The notes beneath the pieces were generated by a model. It worked only from the letters and a program-made list of their open reading frames with translations. It made no database searches and was not told where the DNA came from. This document shows positions 19,558-27,976 of a stretch of DNA of 64,000 nucleotides, one piece after another. Within the stretch, counting starts at the first letter, position 1. Every line of letters begins with the position of its first letter. The stretch is taken from NCBI GenBank assembly GCA_025611195.1, contig GCA_025611195.1_4718.1. One strand, 5' to 3'. The stretch comes from a phage. The position numbers and the translations under genes were made by a program.

Positions 19558-19589
19558 CCTTCCTCCAACCCAACAGGGAAGGAGGAAGG
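19558..19589 (-). terminator. conserved two-tier GC hairpin (family copy)
   Basis: CCTTCCTCC/GGAGGAAGG stem, loop AACCCAACAGGGAA; directly after stop of 19603..20496. Confidence 0.45.
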
Positions 19590-19602
19590 GGATTAATTAA
19601 AA

Positions 19603-20496
19603 TTATTCGGAAACGTTGTAACCGAATACCGCTTTACCGTAGGTGTGAGTACCGTCAGCTAATGACAGCACCAACACGTGGTTGTACGTAGCGTTAACGC
19701 CTTTATCGGTGGAATCGGTGGTAGCACCGTTATAGACGAAAGTAGCCGTTTGCAGATTGGCTTTCAGCTCGGTGATGATCTCGTCGCCCACACCCGTCTG
19801 CTCTTTGATCAGCGTGGTCAGGTTACCTGCCAGGCTTTCATCGATCTTGGTTTCGTTACTGGTAATCGCCTGTAAACCTGCGGTGTAGGTACTGAAGTCT
19901 AACGGATAGGTTAACAGACGCGCTGAGGTCTTGGTGCCATCGCCTTCATCAACGTAGGTTAAGTTACCCAGGTTGGTAACCTTGATGATGTTGGACAGAT
20001 CCAGCGTGGTGTTATAAACCTTAACTTGAACAGAACCGTACCAAGCCAGCGAATCTTCTTTGGCTTTCAGGGTGATCGTCTGGATACCATGATCGTCGAA
20101 GGTAACCGGCGTAGCTAACGTATCGGCTTTGATGTCTTTCGCTTTATCCAGGAACTTCTCACCGGAAGGTGTGATCATACCGTAGCGTTGAGCTACAAGG
20201 TCAACCACATCACCGATGGTGGTGTTTTTATTAACGTTAACGCGTACGGCGATCTTCTGGAACCACTTAGCCAGATCCAGACGATGATAGGTAACATCGC
20301 GGTCATTGAAGTAAGGAGTACCTTCACCAGGGCTAAGCGTTAAAGTTGCATCTGGAGCAGAATCGCTTTTGGATTTAAGAACGTATTTAAGGTCGGTGGG
20401 TTTGAAGTTGGCACCCGTATCGGCGTTGAGTGTGTTAATCTCATCAACGATAAGTTGCCAAGGTGTTTTTAAAGTAAGTGATACTTGAGCTGTCAT
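19603..20496 (-). CDS. putative virion structural protein (YxRxDL / LAW[TY]GSV paralog family)
   Basis: Motifs YHRLDLAKWF and SLAWYGSVQVKVY shared with 20643, 31567, 33389 and 34251 genes; fairly host-adapted codons; GAGGAAG SD. Confidence 0.55.
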   Translation of the reverse strand: MTAQVSLTLKTPWQLIVDEINTLNADTGANFKPTDLKYVLKSKSDSAPDATLTLSPGEGTPYFNDRDVTYHRLDLAKWFQKIAVRVNVNKNTTIGDVVDLVAQRYGMITPSGEKFLDKAKDIKADTLATPVTFDDHGIQTITLKAKEDSLAWYGSVQVKVYNTTLDLSNIIKVTNLGNLTYVDEGDGTKTSARLLTYPLDFSTYTAGLQAITSNETKIDESLAGNLTTLIKEQTGVGDEIITELKANLQTATFVYNGATTDSTDKGVNATYNHVLVLSLADGTHTYGKAVFGYNVSE

Positions 20497-20533
20497 TTTC
20501 TTCCTCGATGGTTGTTACATTACTCTCAAAAGA

Positions 20534-20547
20534 TGTAAACGTTTACA
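20534..20547. promoter_or_regulatory. perfect 14-bp palindrome TGTAAACGTTTACA
   Basis: Centred in the 146-bp divergent region between two codon-optimised structural genes (19603..20496 and 20643..21185), flanked by TATATA runs. Confidence 0.35.
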
Positions 20548-20642
20548 GAAATTAATATATCTTTATATATAAAATGTAAATACTATGGAGAACGACTCCG
20601 ACTCTCCTTTTCGACCATCAAAAAATCAGAGGATACATAATC

Positions 20643-21185
20643 ATGGCCTTAGACTTTAACAAAGCAGCCAAATCCCTTCTGCTTGATCTTATCAACACCA
20701 AAGCAACCCGCCCACTGACTGAAGAAGAACTGCAGTTCGGTACTCCGGGAGCATCTTCCGAACATGAAAAGAACACCGTTATCCAGCTGGATGCTGCAGC
20801 TGAAGCAGCTAACCTGCAGGGTACTCAGCAGTTCTACTACGATCGTCTGGCTCTGTCCGAAGTTTTCGCTGATGTAACCAGCGATGTTACTTTCGAACTG
20901 CCGCACGGCACTGACAGCATTAAGGCTTCCGAGCTGGTAAGCAAGCTGGTCACCAAATTCGGTCTGGCTTCCCTGACCGGTGAAATCAATGAAGAAACCT
21001 TCCAGCTGTCTGCTGGCACTGTTGGTGAAGTAACCCTGACTGCGATCGAGGGTGGTCTGGTATATACCGGCACCCTGCAGGTTGCACTGACCTACGCACC
21101 AGCACCGAAAGACGAACTGGCAACCGTTCTGGCGAATAACGTAGCTGAAGGTTTCGTGAAACCTGAAGTTGCTGTCGTTGGCTAA
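20643..21185 (+). CDS. abundant small structural protein (short member of the same paralog family)
   Basis: Strongly biased codon usage (CTG, GGT, ACC, GAA) like the capsid gene; motifs FYYDRLALSEVF and GGLVYTGTLQVALTY; GAGGA SD; double stop codon. Confidence 0.6.
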   Translation: MALDFNKAAKSLLLDLINTKATRPLTEEELQFGTPGASSEHEKNTVIQLDAAAEAANLQGTQQFYYDRLALSEVFADVTSDVTFELPHGTDSIKASELVSKLVTKFGLASLTGEINEETFQLSAGTVGEVTLTAIEGGLVYTGTLQVALTYAPAPKDELATVLANNVAEGFVKPEVAVVG

Positions 21186-21384
21186 TAAGCACGTAGAGCA
21201 ATAGTATGGGTTTTGTACAGCTCGGCTATTGCTCTTCTACAATTTGGTTGTAACAATCTGCGTGGTTGCACGCTTATCTTTCTCAATGAGCGCTTCATAC
21301 GAAGCGTGGTGTTGAAAGGGTTGTGGATCTCCTCAAGCGGCCAGGGACCCAGACCAACCTGAATAAACACAAACACATGTTAAG

Positions 21385-21416
21385 CCCCTCCTCATCCGTT
21401 ATTGGGTGGGGAGGGG
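21385..21416. terminator. GC hairpin with U-rich tail
   Basis: 13-bp stem CCCCTCCTCATCC/GGGTGGGGAGGGG (two G-U pairs), loop GTTATT, then TCTTATACGTCTTTAT; between convergent genes. Confidence 0.45.
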
Positions 21417-21479
21417 TCTTATACGTCTTTATGCGTTCCGTTCGTTCTGGAGCGTTTTAGGACGGTTTATGATGGTGTT

Positions 21480-22115
21480 TTACTCAACACTGAACCCGTT
21501 CAAGATGATCGCTTCATAACGCTTACGTTCACGACGTTTGCGTGCCTGCCAACCGTAGATGAATTTCTCATCTTTCTCGCGTCGCTCTGCTAACTCGATG
21601 TAATAAGTGCTCTGCATATCCAGCATCGCATCGATGAGATAATCCTTACCGGTTGCACCACGCTTAGCGATGTATGCGTCGAGCGCGCTTAACGTCGCAG
21701 GTCCCATCAAACCGTCGGCGTTGATATTTTTCCAGTAAGTTTGGCGGTTGTTCATGACGTTCAGATAACGCTGGAGGTTCTTAACCGGAACGGTTTTGCC
21801 TGCGTTGATACCCAGGTCAAAGAGACGATCAGCCAAGAACACGGAACGTTTCATGACCTCATCAAGCTTCATCTTATCCCAGAAGTGGGTCTTGTAGATA
21901 AAGAACGCCATTTCCGTGGTAAGGTTACGCATGTTACCGTCCCAGCCGAATTTCGTTTTCAGCGTGGTTTTGTATTGATCGGCGAGTGTTTTCGTAATGC
22001 CGTGGTTCGTGATTCCGCCCGAATCATCGGGATCGTCGACGTAACCTGCTTCGATGCTAGTTTTGTCACGAATTATGAATTCGCAAGTAAAATCTTTTTC
22101 AGTAATCTTAGCCAT
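21480..22115 (-). CDS. endolysin (GH108-type lysozyme with C-terminal peptidoglycan-binding domain)
   Basis: N-terminal EAGYVDDPDDSGGITNHGIT matches the GH108 catalytic motif; GAGGAG SD 5 nt before ATG. Confidence 0.75.
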   Translation of the reverse strand: MAKITEKDFTCEFIIRDKTSIEAGYVDDPDDSGGITNHGITKTLADQYKTTLKTKFGWDGNMRNLTTEMAFFIYKTHFWDKMKLDEVMKRSVFLADRLFDLGINAGKTVPVKNLQRYLNVMNNRQTYWKNINADGLMGPATLSALDAYIAKRGATGKDYLIDAMLDMQSTYYIELAERREKDEKFIYGWQARKRRERKRYEAIILNGFSVE

Positions 22116-22241
22116 TAGAACTCCTCATTTAAATAACGATTTAGAGGAACAGGAAGGGTCTAGAACGCGATAAACGATTTAACCCAGGCAAACCCTAGAT
22201 TAAACTTTTCGAAGCGTTACAACGCGTTCTAGAACGCTGAA

Positions 22242-24290
22242 TTAAATACCCTTGGTTCCTTTCACGTGATGTGCAATTTCTTCAACCATTGCACGCAGGG
22301 CACGAAGTTGTTGGTCGTGTTCATACCAACCGCCTAACAGAACCCCGCTATACACCATGGTGTCAAGACTTAACAGCCCTTTATCTGATACGTTGATCAT
22401 TTCCGGGAACTGTTCTTGAACACGCTGTGCGATAACACCGATCTTCTCGACATCAGGATCGTAGTTGTGACGGAAACGAGCGAGTCCGCTATGTGCCATC
22501 TCACGTAAACGATCACTGAAAGATTCCGGATGGTCTTTCAGATAACGGATGTCATGTTTACTGCGTTCATCAGAACGGATGTATGCGTTAGGAACATCGA
22601 TGTTGCTGTTGAAGTACAGCGCACTACCGCCACCGGCAGAGTTCCCCCAATAGAAGCTGGTTAAGATGCTACCCCCGTTACCTGTAACGTGCACCGTGCT
22701 GCCTACACGGGTTCCCCCACTACCATCAACGAAGACAAGCTTGTTCCCGCTGTAAGAACCCCAGAACAAACGGCTGTCGATGATGTTTGTTGCAGCGAGG
22801 CGAGCGTTACGTGGTGTAGAATACACGGTGTTAACATCTTGCTGTGCTTGCGCATCGGAAGCGATACCGTAGTTCTGAACATTCCCTAAGCCTACCTGGG
22901 CTTTGTTAACGGCGTGAGGGTTATCCCGACGGTTAGCGTGAGCATTAACCAGATCGCCCGCCAGTTTTTGAATAGCCCAGTTGGTAGATTGTGGCGTCAT
23001 ATAGCGGTTAGTTGCAGAACCACCTTGCGCTTCAGCTTGGTTAGCAGTTGGATAGTTCTCAACGCTTCCCAACCCTACCTGTGCTTTAGACACTTGGTGC
23101 GGGTTGTTCTTGTCGGCGATGTGCGCATTAAGCGGAACTAACGCGAAGGTCTCAATGGACGCTTTGGTGGTGTTCGGTGCCATTAATCGGTTAGCTGCAA
23201 CACCCGCACGCGCTTCTTCTTCAGAAGCCATCGGATAGTCTTGCACATTCCCTAACCCAACCTGCGCCTTGGTTACTCTGTGTGGGTTGTTGTAATCGGC
23301 TTTATGCGCATTAAGTGGAATCAATGCGAACTGTTCAATCGCTGCAACGGTACGTAGCGGTGTCATGAAACGGTTGTTCGCTGTTCCGGCTTTCGCCTCA
23401 TCATCCGAAGCGGTCGGGAAGTTATCAACGTTCCCAAGGTTAACCTGTGCTTTGGTGACGCTATGTGGGTTATCTCGACGGTTAGCATGCGCGTCGACTA
23501 GATCGCCCGCCAGTTTAGCAATCGCCCATCCAACCGTCTGTGCTGTCATGTATCGGTCAGGTGCGGTACCGGCTTCTGCCTCCGCCTTGTTTGCGGTAGG
23601 ATAGTTCTGTACGTTACCTAGTCCGACTTGGGCTTTTGTTACTTCATGCGGGTTATCGGTACGGTTAGCGTGCGCGTAATGCAGATCGGTCAGATCTTTA
23701 TCCGCTGCTTGCATGTCTTTGCGTAACTGATCGATTGCCGCCCAGAGACGGTTATCGGACGCAGCATCACCGATGAGTATTGCGGCTTTTAGCGAATAGA
23801 TCGCTAAGCAAAGATGTTCGGTACCGTAGATAGCACTAACGTGGTGGATGTGTGGTTCAGGCGGATAAAGTTCCGGTTTGTTCTTGATGTCGTCCCAGTT
23901 GATCGGACGATCGTCAAGTTTGAGTTCTTCGATAGCCTGATACAACGCATCAATAAGACTTACGTAAACACCACCGATGATACGATAGTCGTTAACTAAT
24001 GTACCCTCGATGTCATCGTTGATGATGGCGATGGCCGCACAGATTTCTTTACCAGCGTAAAGCGTAGCGTCCTGATACAAGAAAATGGGTTTGTAATCCA
24101 CGCCGCGTACCAGTGTCTTACCGGTAAGCTTTTCGGTGATAACCAGACTTTCGGTGAAGAACGGTCCGCCATCGAGGGCGTAACATTTATTCTCGGTTCG
24201 TGGAACGGTGTGCTCTTCACCAACGATGTGGTTGCTATCGAGCGTGCCGGTCCAGTCCTCGGGGTACTTCAGGGTAATTGGTGTTGACAT
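22242..24290 (-). CDS. tail fibre protein with C-terminal intramolecular chaperone (S74-like) domain
   Basis: Five NPHxVTKAQVGLGNVxNY repeats; C-terminal ~110 aa beginning SDERSKHDI resembles the self-cleaving chaperone domain of fibres/endosialidases. Confidence 0.8.
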   Translation of the reverse strand: MSTPITLKYPEDWTGTLDSNHIVGEEHTVPRTENKCYALDGGPFFTESLVITEKLTGKTLVRGVDYKPIFLYQDATLYAGKEICAAIAIINDDIEGTLVNDYRIIGGVYVSLIDALYQAIEELKLDDRPINWDDIKNKPELYPPEPHIHHVSAIYGTEHLCLAIYSLKAAILIGDAASDNRLWAAIDQLRKDMQAADKDLTDLHYAHANRTDNPHEVTKAQVGLGNVQNYPTANKAEAEAGTAPDRYMTAQTVGWAIAKLAGDLVDAHANRRDNPHSVTKAQVNLGNVDNFPTASDDEAKAGTANNRFMTPLRTVAAIEQFALIPLNAHKADYNNPHRVTKAQVGLGNVQDYPMASEEEARAGVAANRLMAPNTTKASIETFALVPLNAHIADKNNPHQVSKAQVGLGSVENYPTANQAEAQGGSATNRYMTPQSTNWAIQKLAGDLVNAHANRRDNPHAVNKAQVGLGNVQNYGIASDAQAQQDVNTVYSTPRNARLAATNIIDSRLFWGSYSGNKLVFVDGSGGTRVGSTVHVTGNGGSILTSFYWGNSAGGGSALYFNSNIDVPNAYIRSDERSKHDIRYLKDHPESFSDRLREMAHSGLARFRHNYDPDVEKIGVIAQRVQEQFPEMINVSDKGLLSLDTMVYSGVLLGGWYEHDQQLRALRAMVEEIAHHVKGTKGI

Positions 24291-24303
24291 AACCTGGAGG
24301 TCC

Positions 24304-26907
24304 TTATAACGTGACTGTACCTAATTTGGTTGTCTTATTGAGATTGATGACAGAAATCTGGGTATCGCTGGTCGTAATCGTCCCGATGTTAACGCGCTGC
24401 CCTTTATCATCTTCTTGCTTGTGGATGGTTAACTCCAATTCTAACTGGTCGCCATTAGGAACAACGGAAACGTACCATGTTTTATTACCTGGTGAGCTAT
24501 TATAGTCTTTTAGGTTATAATGGCCTTTAGGTAGGGTCATGACTTTACCAGCAAACAAGCAAGTGATGTCTTCGTTGATGTAGATATCGTAACCGGAAGC
24601 AGCAACGACCGTAGAAACCATGTAACGGTTTTTAACAGCGAGAGCTTTATATTCCGCAACGGAATTGCCGACAACACTAAAGACTTGACCGCCATTACCC
24701 ATCACCGTAGAGACTGCGGCATCAACATAACCGATTCCCCACACCGGATGTACGTTCCAACGATAGCCGCTTGACTGTAGGTAAGCATACAAACCTTCAA
24801 ATGCGATGGTTGTCCAGTTCCCATCGTTTTGTCGTCCAGCTCGGAACTGATAGGTGTTCTGGTTCCCTGCAGACTGACGTAAATACGGAACATGTCCAGC
24901 AACAAGCCACCCATCACTCACCTTCTTGTAAGCTAATACACCCCAGGCGGCATTCTGACTGTAGATATTTGTTGAATCGGGGTCTTCGACATAACCCAGC
25001 AGTTTGGTTACGCCCGTCACCGTAATAGCGCCTTTACGTGCGGATACGGTAACCTCCGCAGCGATTCGTCCATGTACGCGTGTGCTGGTATTACAGCCAG
25101 CAACAAACAGAATACACGGTGCGTTTGTACCATCTGGAGGTACGGCTAACGCATGCTGCCACCGACTGACGCCAGACACCTTGTTTCCGGTATATGCGTT
25201 CCACACGAGCTGTCCGCCTGCTTGCAGGTTGGCTGCGGTTATGCTGATGGCTTCACCGGAAGGTGCGAGTTTGGTGGCGTCGTATCCGATTTTACCGGAT
25301 AAGTTTGAATCAGTTAAATAAGACCCGCTAACTACCGTATTGTCATCGCTTAAATGTACGGTTAGGAAAGGTCGCGACATTTGACCTGCGCTAACCACCA
25401 CGTTGTTGGAAGGCGGAAAACCGTAAACGTCAATACCTTCTCCCTGATAACGGTAATCGAGATTCCAGTCATAGGTCACTAGACGAGCCTCAAAATTACC
25501 CTGTCCACCACCCGTACGTGAGTTAACGAAAACCTTGTTTTTAGAAAAGAAACCCAGGTAACCATGGGACGCGAGTGCACCTACGATGCGATCCCCGACG
25601 TTTTTCCAGTATGAGTCGTACTGTATTCCACCAGTAGGACCGAGTTTGGCGAGTTCGTCGAACACATTTCCAGAGAAACCGTTGATGGTGTACGATCGCG
25701 CTTGGGGGGCGGATAAATTGTCGTTTTGGATAATGGCTACCTGACCGCGTTCGTTGATTTCGATATTCCCGGTACCGTTACCCGAACGCCATTGCCAGAA
25801 ACCATCGTTATACTCACTTGTTCCATCGGTTGTAGTAGATGGTCCTACCCAGTCTATCCCGCTATCTGTTGACACGTATGTGGATTGTCCAGCGCCCGGG
25901 TTCATGCTGTAACTGTTGTTGGCGGTTTCAAAATCGAGATAGAACTGATGTAGCCCGTTCTTTTGCTGGTTTTTGCGGTTGTTCGTCCACCATGCCGAAG
26001 CAATCAGAATACGTGCTTTAGTACCTTTGGTTGCTGCGAGCATACGAATCTGAGCACGCCAGACGGTTTGACCGATCCCATCAGAAGGGAAATCGTTAGT
26101 AGTTATGCGGTTGCAGACAATCATCTCGGCACTGTTGCTTATCGCCGTTCCTTCTATCGTTCTACCGCTAATATTCGTAAGCTGTGTAGCCGCTACGCTG
26201 CCACCGCTGGGACCGATGGAAGATTTGGTTACGGTATAAACATTTAAGTAGAGTTTATAACTGTTAGTGCCAGCGATAGCGATGTAGATTTTACCGTTAA
26301 TTTCCCAACAGCAGATATGCGGTGATGTATCAACAAAGTTGGCAAGACTACCATCAAGATACATGGCGACATGTTTGGATGCGTCAAACGTTCCGTCTGT
26401 CAACGCGATAAACATTTTAGGGCTGCTACCGTCTTCAAAAGCAGCTTGACCTAACATGATACCGTTCTGGTGACAGTATATCACCGTAGGAATACGATCG
26501 AGCGTTGCGGGCTCATAGCGGCGGCTGGTTGGAATAACTTCAGTGATCTGTCCGTTTTGATTTGTTTTACAGATAACGTAGTAAACCCCTTTCTTTACGC
26601 TGTTCGTTGCCGAACGCAGTAACACGATGGTACCATCGGATTCACGGCATACGCCGTAACGACGGTATTTGTCGTTTAGACAGATAGCACCATCAGCGGA
26701 GCCTTCGATTGCCAGAGGAAAATAACTTTGATCCCCAACCTGTTCGATATCGGTTACGCCGATATCGATGTATTTTTCCATCTCGGTGTCGAACTCAGCG
26801 GTACTATAGGCACCGAGATCGCTCGCCTTTAGTCCCGTTGGGTTGTCGCGACTGGCGATACGTGTATTAACGCTACTCACCAGTTCACTGAACTTTTTCA
26901 TTGCCAT
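24304..26907 (-). CDS. large tail/receptor-binding protein
   Basis: 867-aa G/S/T/N-rich ORF between the fibre genes; N-terminus carries RDNPTGLKASDLG, a single fibre-repeat-like motif. Confidence 0.55.
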   Translation of the reverse strand: MAMKKFSELVSSVNTRIASRDNPTGLKASDLGAYSTAEFDTEMEKYIDIGVTDIEQVGDQSYFPLAIEGSADGAICLNDKYRRYGVCRESDGTIVLLRSATNSVKKGVYYVICKTNQNGQITEVIPTSRRYEPATLDRIPTVIYCHQNGIMLGQAAFEDGSSPKMFIALTDGTFDASKHVAMYLDGSLANFVDTSPHICCWEINGKIYIAIAGTNSYKLYLNVYTVTKSSIGPSGGSVAATQLTNISGRTIEGTAISNSAEMIVCNRITTNDFPSDGIGQTVWRAQIRMLAATKGTKARILIASAWWTNNRKNQQKNGLHQFYLDFETANNSYSMNPGAGQSTYVSTDSGIDWVGPSTTTDGTSEYNDGFWQWRSGNGTGNIEINERGQVAIIQNDNLSAPQARSYTINGFSGNVFDELAKLGPTGGIQYDSYWKNVGDRIVGALASHGYLGFFSKNKVFVNSRTGGGQGNFEARLVTYDWNLDYRYQGEGIDVYGFPPSNNVVVSAGQMSRPFLTVHLSDDNTVVSGSYLTDSNLSGKIGYDATKLAPSGEAISITAANLQAGGQLVWNAYTGNKVSGVSRWQHALAVPPDGTNAPCILFVAGCNTSTRVHGRIAAEVTVSARKGAITVTGVTKLLGYVEDPDSTNIYSQNAAWGVLAYKKVSDGWLVAGHVPYLRQSAGNQNTYQFRAGRQNDGNWTTIAFEGLYAYLQSSGYRWNVHPVWGIGYVDAAVSTVMGNGGQVFSVVGNSVAEYKALAVKNRYMVSTVVAASGYDIYINEDITCLFAGKVMTLPKGHYNLKDYNSSPGNKTWYVSVVPNGDQLELELTIHKQEDDKGQRVNIGTITTSDTQISVINLNKTTKLGTVTL

Positions 26908-26919
26908 TATTCACCTCGA

Positions 26920-27405
26920 TTAAATAGGCGAGTCGGGAAGCTGACCATCATCGATCTCGATGGCGGCCACCTTACGTGTCGCAGCAAGATGTGATGTACC
27001 CTGGACTTTGTTCCAGGTACCGATACGCATGGTGTTTTTGTAGCTGCTATCGCTATCGTTCAGCGTGTAAACAAAACCGCTATCGGTTACGGCAAGATAG
27101 ATCCAGCCTACAGACTCACTGATACCCGACACGTCCAAAGTTGTTGCTGGCACCGTCCCTACCACCGTGTTGTATTCCGCTGTACCTTGGCCAATGCTGA
27201 TCCGCCCGTTGCTGTAACTGGCTGCCGGAAGCGTTTTATTTCGACTGAAGAAAAGAAACGGAAGGTAACGCTGGGTAACAAGCGGTGCAAGTTTAGGAGC
27301 CACTTCGGTCTTAGTGTAGACATCTGTTTGTTCTGGCGTTACCTCGTGAGGGTTCTTTTGGGTAAGATACGTTCCCCATTCAGAAAGCAGTGTTGATAGC
27401 TTCAT
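26920..27405 (-). CDS. small tail-fibre-associated protein
   Basis: N-terminal KNPHEVTPEQTDV resembles one fibre repeat; lies in the fibre module. Confidence 0.5.
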   Translation of the reverse strand: MKLSTLLSEWGTYLTQKNPHEVTPEQTDVYTKTEVAPKLAPLVTQRYLPFLFFSRNKTLPAASYSNGRISIGQGTAEYNTVVGTVPATTLDVSGISESVGWIYLAVTDSGFVYTLNDSDSSYKNTMRIGTWNKVQGTSHLAATRKVAAIEIDDGQLPDSPI

Positions 27406-27409
27406 GCGG

Positions 27410-27919
27410 TTACCCCATGTAACGTTTTTGGCCGAGGATGAAGACTTTGTTAAATACCACCGAAGTGATTCCTGATGCGTTACAGCTTACCTGCCCGACG
27501 CGAATTGCTGTTGACGTATCGACCCCAGCACTACTCTGCCAGCTCCAATCAATCGATCCGTCTTTCTGATGAATGAAAAGATAACCGGTTTTGTTCGCCC
27601 AGTCGGAAGTAAGATTTTTGATGTCTAACGTTCCTTTCGCCAGAATATAGTCGGTACCGGCGATCATGACGGGGATTTCAGGATACGAGATTACCGTACC
27701 GCTAGCGGTAACGTTGCTGATGCGATCACTACGGATATCGGTACAATCACCGAAATACGCTACGGGGAGTATCCCCTTAGGTAGCTTTTTGTCGATTCTC
27801 GTATCGATCGTGCTTTTATCGGGTGCGTCGATTTGCGCTGCAGTGACTTGGTTAGGGTTATCCTTCCTTGCATACCACGTCGTCATGCGAGCACCCAACT
27901 CACTCATTTTTGTGCCCAT
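27410..27919 (-). CDS. small tail-fibre-associated protein
   Basis: ORF 27410..27925 (GTG) trimmed to ATG 27919 with AGGA upstream; N-terminal RKDNPNQVTAAQIDA motif. Confidence 0.5.
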   Translation of the reverse strand: MGTKMSELGARMTTWYARKDNPNQVTAAQIDAPDKSTIDTRIDKKLPKGILPVAYFGDCTDIRSDRISNVTASGTVISYPEIPVMIAGTDYILAKGTLDIKNLTSDWANKTGYLFIHQKDGSIDWSWQSSAGVDTSTAIRVGQVSCNASGITSVVFNKVFILGQKRYMG

Positions 27920-27976
27920 TTTCACGTCCTATCGAAAAATAAAAAGAAGGAAAGGTGGGTAGAACCCACCCATCCA

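Noticed and set aside
21182-21376. 64-aa minus-strand ORF in the region downstream of gene 20643-21185
   Set aside because: Lies in a hairpin-rich 3' untranslated region (10-bp inverted repeat at 21195-21235), has no Shine-Dalgarno sequence and a basic low-complexity translation.
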